The notes beneath the pieces were generated by a model, which saw only the letters and a program-made list of their open reading frames with translations, did not search any database and had not been told where the DNA came from. Shown piece after piece: positions 57,377 to 64,000 of a DNA stretch of 64,000 nucleotides. The first letter of the stretch is position 1, and every line of letters starts with the position of its first letter. The stretch is taken from the IMG/VR virus record IMGVR_UViG_642791616_000001, positions 75,935 through 139,934 of that record. One strand, given 5' to 3'. A program made the position numbers and the translations under genes. Source of the stretch: a virus (taxonomy: Duplodnaviria > Caudoviricetes).

Positions 57377-58465
57377 TTATAGTAAGCCATCCCATATGGG
57401 TTTTGTCGTGTCGTTTTGTGTATCGTGGATTGTTTGTTTTGATATGCCCCTTGCCTTTTCAAGCATGTGAATCCGCTCTGAAATAGGCAAAAGCTGCTGC
57501 TGAAGCACTTCCTGCATTGCTGCTTTTTCTCTGCTAGCTGATTTCTCTAAGGAAGAGAGCTGATGACGAATCGGTGCAACGACTTGCTCGAGCACTTTTT
57601 GGACAGGTTCTTCCCCTGTTTGTTCTGTTTCCTGCTTTTCAGCCTGCTGCAAGACGTTTTCGATGGCCTTTTTTGCTTTTTCGAGCTCTCGCACTTGATC
57701 CGTCGTCAAAGCGGCCTCTTCTTTTTGTACGTCTGCTTGCCTTTCACCAATCGTTTGAAGTACATCCTCTGTCTTCAGGATGTCCTGCATGATTGGAATG
57801 AGCTGTTCTAAGGCCGCTCTTACATCCGCCTCATCACCATCACTTGACTGTAAGGTTTCCAGCAGATGGTCTAAAATGTTCCAAAATGGTTGTGACATGT
57901 TTTCACCTTCCTCTTTTAAAAAGAAATTTTTCAGCAAAGAAAAAAGCCCTCTCTCATTTGTGTCTTGAGATAGAAACTGATCTTGTTCTTCTATGGCGAC
58001 GATGTCCGCCGTTCCGGCCATTGAGTAGCCTGTAATGTGGCCTTTTTGAATTTGATCCCAAATCTCTTGGGAAGCCTTTGTCACAAGCACCCAAGATCCT
58101 TTGCGAATCAGCTCCCCGCCCACTTCAACATCAGCCGGAGCAATATATGATTCAACCACTTCGCCAACACCATCTTGAAAATCATGCTGCTTGTCAATAT
58201 GACGGGCATCCTTCATAAAGCCGTGTGCCGCTCTTTCAATTTCCTTCGCTGTCATAAAGTCTTGATGTGCATCAGGCGTATTCGGCTCATACACGACACC
58301 GTACACGAGGCGATGAGCATCTTCTGCCTTTGTCAGGACACTGACCTCTTTTTGAAAGTCAGGCTGCTTTTTCTTTGCTTTCATCAAAAAGAATTTCCTC
58401 TTGTTCGCTGCTTTGTCCACGTAGGAAACATGCGTAATTTTAGCGTTTTTTAGTTCTCTTGGCAT
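57377..58465 (-). CDS. xkdF: Prohead protease/scaffold
   Basis: MPRELKNAKITHVSYVDKAANKRKF, ITGYSMAG. Confidence 0.9.
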   Translation of the reverse strand: MPRELKNAKITHVSYVDKAANKRKFFLMKAKKKQPDFQKEVSVLTKAEDAHRLVYGVVYEPNTPDAHQDFMTAKEIERAAHGFMKDARHIDKQHDFQDGVGEVVESYIAPADVEVGGELIRKGSWVLVTKASQEIWDQIQKGHITGYSMAGTADIVAIEEQDQFLSQDTNERGLFSLLKNFFLKEEGENMSQPFWNILDHLLETLQSSDGDEADVRAALEQLIPIMQDILKTEDVLQTIGERQADVQKEEAALTTDQVRELEKAKKAIENVLQQAEKQETEQTGEEPVQKVLEQVVAPIRHQLSSLEKSASREKAAMQEVLQQQLLPISERIHMLEKARGISKQTIHDTQNDTTKPIWDGLL

Positions 58466-58503
58466 ATGTTCACCCCCTTTCAAAAAAGCGCACCCGCTTC
58501 TGT

Positions 58504-59961
58504 TTATTTCGTCAGCTGGTCCGGCTCTGGTTGAGGCTTTTCTTCAGCTGATTTCATGCGGCTTTCTAAAGGGCGGTGATACAGTTCCTCAGGCCATTCC
58601 TCTAGCGTTTTTCCGAGGATTCTTCCTGCTAGATCGCGCAAATCGTTTGGTGACACTGCTCCCGCCTGAATAAATGGTGTCAGTACTTTGGCAATCTCTA
58701 ATGGGTCTCTAAAATCAGGACCATTTAATAGAAAACGGACATGCCACATATCAAGATCCGGTAGGAAAAGCGTATTGAGTTTTCCTGTGATGAGATGTCG
58801 TTCCGGCTGAAATACTTGCTCTTCTGTTGTTTTACGCGCGGTATCTGCTGTCGCTTTGTTATAGTCTTGAGACTCACCTGTGTAAATTGGCGGAAGGCGA
58901 AACGCCGAGCGGATTTTGTTTCTTGTTTTTTCATCGTATTCTAAAAAGAGCGCATCTTCTTGCAGGATCTCGGCTAGAGATTTGAAGTTTACTTTGACAT
59001 TTGAGACATCTTCTTCTCCGGTTAACCCTTTTTCTGTCGGCAGACCTTCAACTTCAAGCAATAGAAATTTATGTGCATGATCAGATCCTTCAATATCGTC
59101 CATATAATCTTGAAGCTGCTGATAAGAGGATTCTGACAGCATCCCATTTTCGACAATGATGGCACCTGGTACATGCCGTCCTTGTTTAAAATAAAGATAG
59201 TTCAGTTCCTCTGCCTTGCGTGCTCCGTACATATTGACGATGTTGCCAATCCAGCGGGGAATCCCATACGTTCCGCTGCCAATTTTAAAATGAATTACTT
59301 CTGTTGCGCGAAGCGGCTCTGGTGTGGTGTCATCGTACTTGCCTGTTTCACAGTGCAAAATGCGCGGATCACCATACTCCTTGAAGAAAACTTTCTTTTC
59401 GTTGATCACCTGCACATATTTGCGGAATCGTTTCTTTCGATTCATTGTTCTTAATTCGCCATTTTCTGTGTAACTGAATTCAACGTCGACTGGCTCACTA
59501 AGCTTGCAAATGCGGATATGGAGCGCATCTAAATACTCGATTCCGGCCGGCTTTCCTTGTCCATCTCTCAGCACCTCTAAAAAGCCATTGCCCGTTTTCT
59601 CTCGGTCTTCGAGGACATAGCCAAGAATCACATCAGCGGACTCATCATAGTTCATGTACTTCGTAAACTCTTCAAGTCTTGTCCATTCCTTTTCTGCGGC
59701 TTTCTTTTTTGCCGGTTTTACACCTTCTGCATTAAAGTCAAAGGCATATTCCACCCCAAACCCAAAACCCAAAATATTCGTTTTGTACGCATCAATACAT
59801 TGCTGAAGAATGGTTGAATATTCTGCCATGCTTTTTAATTCATTGATGTTGTAAGGCGGGGGCACAATGTCATCTTTTTCATAGGAAAATTCATCTGCAT
59901 ACATTTGTTTTGTATGATCAGACATGTTTGCCTTCATAATCGTTGCTTTCAATTGTTTCAT
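58504..59961 (-). CDS. xkdE: Portal protein
   Basis: [22 protein letters not shown]. Confidence 0.93.
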   Translation of the reverse strand: MKQLKATIMKANMSDHTKQMYADEFSYEKDDIVPPPYNINELKSMAEYSTILQQCIDAYKTNILGFGFGVEYAFDFNAEGVKPAKKKAAEKEWTRLEEFTKYMNYDESADVILGYVLEDREKTGNGFLEVLRDGQGKPAGIEYLDALHIRICKLSEPVDVEFSYTENGELRTMNRKKRFRKYVQVINEKKVFFKEYGDPRILHCETGKYDDTTPEPLRATEVIHFKIGSGTYGIPRWIGNIVNMYGARKAEELNYLYFKQGRHVPGAIIVENGMLSESSYQQLQDYMDDIEGSDHAHKFLLLEVEGLPTEKGLTGEEDVSNVKVNFKSLAEILQEDALFLEYDEKTRNKIRSAFRLPPIYTGESQDYNKATADTARKTTEEQVFQPERHLITGKLNTLFLPDLDMWHVRFLLNGPDFRDPLEIAKVLTPFIQAGAVSPNDLRDLAGRILGKTLEEWPEELYHRPLESRMKSAEEKPQPEPDQLTK

Positions 59962-61271
59962 TGTATGGACCTCCTCTCTCTGTTTGGACGGACACGCTCC
60001 GAGGCGGTCTGTTTCAAATCCGTCACTTCATAATCATCCAGCGCATACCAGATCGCTGATAATGTATGCGGATCGATTTGAAATGCATCTTCCTCTAAAC
60101 GTCCATCCTTATCTGCCTTATAGGTCAGTGATTGAAGTTCATAGATTGTGTATGGACAAGCATCAGAGCAAATGATTTTCTTAAACCGTTTGATCTTTTT
60201 CGTATATTGCAAACGCGAGCCTTGGAACTTATGTGCTGCCACCATTTGAAATCCGCGCTGCCGAAAATAGTGAATGGTTTTAGGCTCGGCTGCATCGGCT
60301 TTGATGAGTTCCTTTGATTCAATGAACTCTTTTAGGTCAACAGCTGTTTCATCATCTGTTTTCCCGCGGTCGTAATATTCCCAGTAAATATATAAGTACT
60401 TTTTTTCATGGTCGACGGCTAATCGAATGAGCGCATTGTATGATTTAACAAATCCAAAATCCATGCCTGCTCGTTTTAGCGGCCGGTCAATCTGCTGAAT
60501 GGCTTCTAATACATCAGAATGACTTCTCACCTCAAATTGAGGAAAAACCTTTGTGCCGTTGATGCCGAAATAGCCCTTCCTCGCAATTCGATAGAGGTCT
60601 GGGTCGTATTCTTTCAGCTCATCCAGCTGCTCCACATAGCTTTTAGGGAGAAATAGGTTATCTTCCGCTGTGGAGTGATGATAGTACGTATCCTTGATCA
60701 CAACGGTGCGTTTTTTGTATAAGGTTTCGTCATCTAGGACAAATCGCTTCAGCTGTTCATCTCGAAAGAAATGTCTGTACGTCCAATTATCTTGACCAAC
60801 AGGATTGGTCGATAACATCATATAAAGCGGTAAGGACGGGTGCCTCAGCCTTCCAAGCAGCTCTTTAAAGCCTTCATAAGAAACCTCTGAACACTCCTCA
60901 ATCCAAATCATCGAGATGTTGTTAATCGATTTCAATTTCTCAGGCTTGTCCAGCCCTTTGAATAAGATGCTGCTGCCATTTCGAAACGTCAAGGCAAGCG
61001 GCGAACTGCGGCACTTCACCACATGATCGATGCCAAGATCGCTGACGATCTCTTGTAAGAGAGAAAAGGTTGATTCGCGGTGCGTATCATATACTTCTCG
61101 AATGACAAGTGCTGTCCGTTTTTCTTCCAGCAGCTTTAAAATGAGTTTTAACGCAATGTGATAGCTTTTCGAGGAGCCGTAGCCGCCTACTAAAAATTGA
61201 AACTTTTGATTCCAATCGAATAGAAAGTGTTCAAAGTGAGGATTGACTTCTTTTTCAATCAATGGCGTCAT
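59958..61271 (-). CDS. xtmB: Terminase large subunit
   Basis: [29 protein letters not shown]. Confidence 0.95.
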   Translation of the reverse strand: MTPLIEKEVNPHFEHFLFDWNQKFQFLVGGYGSSKSYHIALKLILKLLEEKRTALVIREVYDTHRESTFSLLQEIVSDLGIDHVVKCRSSPLALTFRNGSSILFKGLDKPEKLKSINNISMIWIEECSEVSYEGFKELLGRLRHPSLPLYMMLSTNPVGQDNWTYRHFFRDEQLKRFVLDDETLYKKRTVVIKDTYYHHSTAEDNLFLPKSYVEQLDELKEYDPDLYRIARKGYFGINGTKVFPQFEVRSHSDVLEAIQQIDRPLKRAGMDFGFVKSYNALIRLAVDHEKKYLYIYWEYYDRGKTDDETAVDLKEFIESKELIKADAAEPKTIHYFRQRGFQMVAAHKFQGSRLQYTKKIKRFKKIICSDACPYTIYELQSLTYKADKDGRLEEDAFQIDPHTLSAIWYALDDYEVTDLKQTASERVRPNRERRSIQ

Positions 61272-61912
61272 GAGTTATCCTCTTTTCGCTTGATCATGAT
61301 GTGAAGATCTTCCTCTTTTTCTTCGCGCACTGCTTTTTTTGTTTTTTCGATGGTCAGTTCAATTTGCTTTAGCCTTAATCTTCGTTCATCCTTCGCATGT
61401 GCAAGCTCTTCAAACTGTTTAATGAGACGCCTGAGCTCTCCCATTGCACGGGATTGGGCATTTAAAAAGGTGGCATGCCGATCCCATGAAAATTGAAACG
61501 AATATTCTTCTGTGCTGATTTCTTGTTCTGGCTGAATGCCTTCTACTGTTTCTTCTAATGAAGAAGGCATGTATGCTGCCTTTTTCAGCTCTTTGATCAT
61601 GTCATCTTGATCTGACACATACATGATTCGCTGCGCCCGAATAATGGCAGCATATTGAATTTGAATTTGATCCCAGATTAAATCAAGCGATGTACGCCCG
61701 CCCATTTTCTCCATGATTTCAATTGTTTCATCTGAAAGAAACTGATTGAAGATCGAGTGTGCCTGCTTTGACGAACCTTTTTGCCTTTGCCATCCGTATC
61801 GTCTTTTCCAAGATTTCACGGTATGGATCGAGACATTGTAATGATCAGCAATTTGCTGGTACGTCATCCCTTTCATATAATCTTGCTTGGCTTCTATCCG
61901 TTTATCTTTCAT
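61268..61912 (-). CDS. xtmA: Terminase small subunit
   Basis: N-terminal [14 protein letters not shown]; [15 protein letters not shown]. Confidence 0.9.
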   Translation of the reverse strand: MKDKRIEAKQDYMKGMTYQQIADHYNVSIHTVKSWKRRYGWQRQKGSSKQAHSIFNQFLSDETIEIMEKMGGRTSLDLIWDQIQIQYAAIIRAQRIMYVSDQDDMIKELKKAAYMPSSLEETVEGIQPEQEISTEEYSFQFSWDRHATFLNAQSRAMGELRRLIKQFEELAHAKDERRLRLKQIELTIEKTKKAVREEKEEDLHIMIKRKEDNS

Positions 61913-62065
61913 TTACATTCACCTGCCGCCTCCTTTTAATTCGAACGATTTCCTGTGAAGGAATCATTTGTGTAGGGCTAGCAAACATCCGTTTGGTCTT
62001 TCTAACTATAGGTGGCAACTGTAAGACAAGTGTTGCTCCATTTATTTTGTAAAAGAAAAGAACGC

Positions 62066-62584
62066 CTATTCAGCTGCTTCGAATAGGCGTTCTTGTACTT
62101 TTTTGGCCATCTTTGTCCGAGCTCTCTCCATATGTTTTTGCACAGTTCCTTTCTTCACATCCAGCATGATCGCAATCTCGCTAAACGATAATCCTTGCGT
62201 TGTGTGCATGAAAAATACGTCCTTTTCTCGGTCCGTTAAAACGGACAAGGCTTCATCAATTCGTTTCTTGTCCCGCTCACTGAATTCTTTTTCATTTTCT
62301 TGGATGATTGTATATTCATGTGATAAAGCCTCTAACACTTCTGGATTTGCTAGAATGGTGCGCTGATAGACTGAACGTCTGTCTAATCCTCTGCGTGCGC
62401 CTGGCTCTCTTCCAATTTGAAGCCACTCTACTACGTATTCGAGATCGCTCACCATACTGGCGATCATTTTTTTATCATGCTTGTCTTGAACGGACAGCTG
62501 ATGTTCGTCTTTTTCTTTAAATGGTTCATATTGTTTTCTAGCATCCTTTAATGCTCGTTTGTATTCAATGAGTAAATCTTGCAT
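62066..62584 (-). CDS. xpf: PBSX late sigma-like factor
   Basis: MQDLLIEYKRAL, GREPGARRG, region-4 HTH. Confidence 0.92.
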   Translation of the reverse strand: MQDLLIEYKRALKDARKQYEPFKEKDEHQLSVQDKHDKKMIASMVSDLEYVVEWLQIGREPGARRGLDRRSVYQRTILANPEVLEALSHEYTIIQENEKEFSERDKKRIDEALSVLTDREKDVFFMHTTQGLSFSEIAIMLDVKKGTVQKHMERARTKMAKKVQERLFEAAE

Positions 62585-62609
62585 ATTGGCTCTCTCCCTT
62601 TTTTAAGAA

Positions 62610-62683
62610 AATAAAAAACGGACACCAATCAGTCCCCTTTTCATAGGGTCTTGATCAGTGTCCGCAGGCTTTCCGTCTTGGAC
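62610..62683 (-). terminator. Terminator/attenuator in the xpf leader
   Basis: CGGACACTGATCA...TGATTGGTGTCCG + T6 on the minus strand, overlapped by an alternative GTCC...GGAC hairpin. Confidence 0.7.
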
Positions 62684-62712
62684 GAATGATGTTGTGTGAT
62701 CTGTTCAGTGAT

Positions 62713-62919
62713 CTAGCTGATTTTAAAACCAATCTCTTGATCTACTCTTGCAAAATGACCTTTTGCCGTTTGGATAATGGTTTTTCCATGTTCAGGTACA
62801 TCTATCTGATAAGCTGTTCCTACATTCCCATCTAATACGATGACTTGAATTTTTCCTGTTTCCATCTCACCGACAAATGTCTGGTTTTCTTGAATGAATA
62901 ATTGTTTTGGCTCGTTCAT
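62713..62919 (-). CDS. xtrA: XtrA/YqaO family protein
   Basis: GKIQVIVLDG...PEHGKTIIQTAKG. Confidence 0.85.
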   Translation of the reverse strand: MNEPKQLFIQENQTFVGEMETGKIQVIVLDGNVGTAYQIDVPEHGKTIIQTAKGHFARVDQEIGFKIS

Positions 62920-63335
62920 ATGCTTGTCTCCTTAATTGGTGAGGACTTCGTGCCATCACCTATCGTATTTAAAATGATTTCAATTCTTGGACGCATACTA
63001 TAAAACTGGGAAACTCTTAAATCAACGATCTGTAGAGAGGCCCTATCCGCAATAGAATGAAGTGCTTCTTGAATATGGTGCAGCCGCGGCTGAAAGATGC
63101 TGACGTTCACTGGGCGTATCAAACCTTTCTCTGCGTATGTACGCTTGATTTGACAATCAGCTATGTCAAGCGGCATGTCGTCAAATAAACGAATCTCGAG
63201 TGATAGTGCGTCTTTTATTTTATGTGGGCATTGCGCTTTGGCAGCTGCTCGTATTCTTTTTATCAATGTATCTTTTGTGAACAATAACTCTGTCTCAATG
63301 ATGAAATGGATGACCATGTTATGATCTCCCGTCAT
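62916..63335 (-). CDS. Degenerate RusA/YqaN-like protein
   Basis: QIVDLRVSQFYSMRPRIEI C-terminus; KPDxDN and DD motifs absent. Confidence 0.6.
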   Translation of the reverse strand: MTGDHNMVIHFIIETELLFTKDTLIKRIRAAAKAQCPHKIKDALSLEIRLFDDMPLDIADCQIKRTYAEKGLIRPVNVSIFQPRLHHIQEALHSIADRASLQIVDLRVSQFYSMRPRIEIILNTIGDGTKSSPIKETSI

Positions 63336-63367
63336 CCTTTTCCCACTGACGAATGTCTTGTTCGTTT

Positions 63368-63706
63368 TTACTCGCTTTGAGCAAGCATTTGAGGATTTCC
63401 ATGATTTTCTTCCATCGTTTCATGTCGTCTTGCTTCCTCCTTTTTTGCTTCAGCGAGCTTTTCCGCCAAGAGGGTCATGTATGTTTGCTTGTCTTCTGAT
63501 GTGGAAAAAACAAACACCGGTTTCTGGTGATGAAAGGTCATCCAGCCACCAGCTTGGACTAAACAGAGCTGCGCTTCCTTTCTGGCATCAAACGTCATCT
63601 GATGTTTCATCTTCTTCAAATCCCTCCAGACTCTCTTCAATCTCGACTTGATACCCATAACGTATCCTGTCATATGACCAGTAGGTTTTTGGATATCCAA
63701 AGTCAT
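63368..63706 (-). CDS. Hypothetical protein (start uncertain)
   Basis: ORF in the early operon. Confidence 0.5.
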   Translation of the reverse strand: MTLDIQKPTGHMTGYVMGIKSRLKRVWRDLKKMKHQMTFDARKEAQLCLVQAGGWMTFHHQKPVFVFSTSEDKQTYMTLLAEKLAEAKKEEARRHETMEENHGNPQMLAQSE

Positions 63707-63736
63707 TCATCTGCGCTACCATTGGATGTTCAATAT

Positions 63737-64000
63737 TCATTTTGTTTGTCTCTCCTTTTCAAAGAAGTGCTCTTCCTTTAAAGAATTACTCATTTCGTGT
63801 AACTTTTGATCAAAAAAAAGCTCTTGAACACCCCTATTTAGCAAATCTGCAATATGCTTTGCTATTTCTAAGCTGGGCTTCGTTCTGCCCATTTCTATAT
63901 TTGCATAGCCGCTCGTATACTTATGCCCTAATTTTTTCGCCATATAGGTTTGTGTTTTTCCTTGTAAAATGCGTTCTTCTCGTAAATTTTCAAGTTTCAT
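63737..64000 (-). CDS. Xre/Cro-type HTH regulator
   Basis: KTQTYMAKKLGHKYTSGYANIEMGRTKPSLE. Confidence 0.85.
   Translation of the reverse strand: MKLENLREERILQGKTQTYMAKKLGHKYTSGYANIEMGRTKPSLEIAKHIADLLNRGVQELFFDQKLHEMSNSLKEEHFFEKERQTK

Larger units (their letters stand above)
38217..64000 (-). mobile_element. PBSX/skin-like defective prophage (contractile tail), continues past the window edge
   Basis: Collinear xpf-xtmAB-xkdE...xkdX-holins-amidase. Confidence 0.95.

Overview
Bacillus-type chromosomal window (gene content and composition suggest the B. subtilis/pumilus group; inference) with two adjacent phage elements. (1) 1-37859 is the right-hand early, replication and nucleotide-metabolism arm of a large temperate prophage. 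It ends in the displaced 3' half of tRNA-Ala(GGC), read as attR. It encodes PolA, helicase, loader, primase, SSB, a RuvC-like resolvase, exonucleases, class Ib RNR (nrdI, nrdE split by a group I intron carrying a GIY-YIG gene, nrdF), dUTPase, ThyX, dNMP kinase, three methyltransferase-like genes, free-standing HNH genes and a YonT-like type I toxin locus. Its notable part is an arbitrium-like module: aimR plus an unannotated 44-aa aimP ending in ...SAIKVGG. This sits directly upstream of an ECF-sized sigma-like gene. A conserved promoter-like motif precedes that gene and recurs at the head of two other leftward phage operons, suggesting a peptide-gated, self-amplifying sigma-factor switch (hypothesis). 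(2) 38217-64000 is a PBSX/skin-like contractile-tail element (xpf, xtmAB, xkdE-xkdX, holins, amidase). It has a frameshifted major capsid gene, three tail-fibre cassettes (one deleted), a BsrE/BsrH-type toxin-antitoxin insert and a degenerate RusA. All calls come from reading the sequence; no database searches were run.
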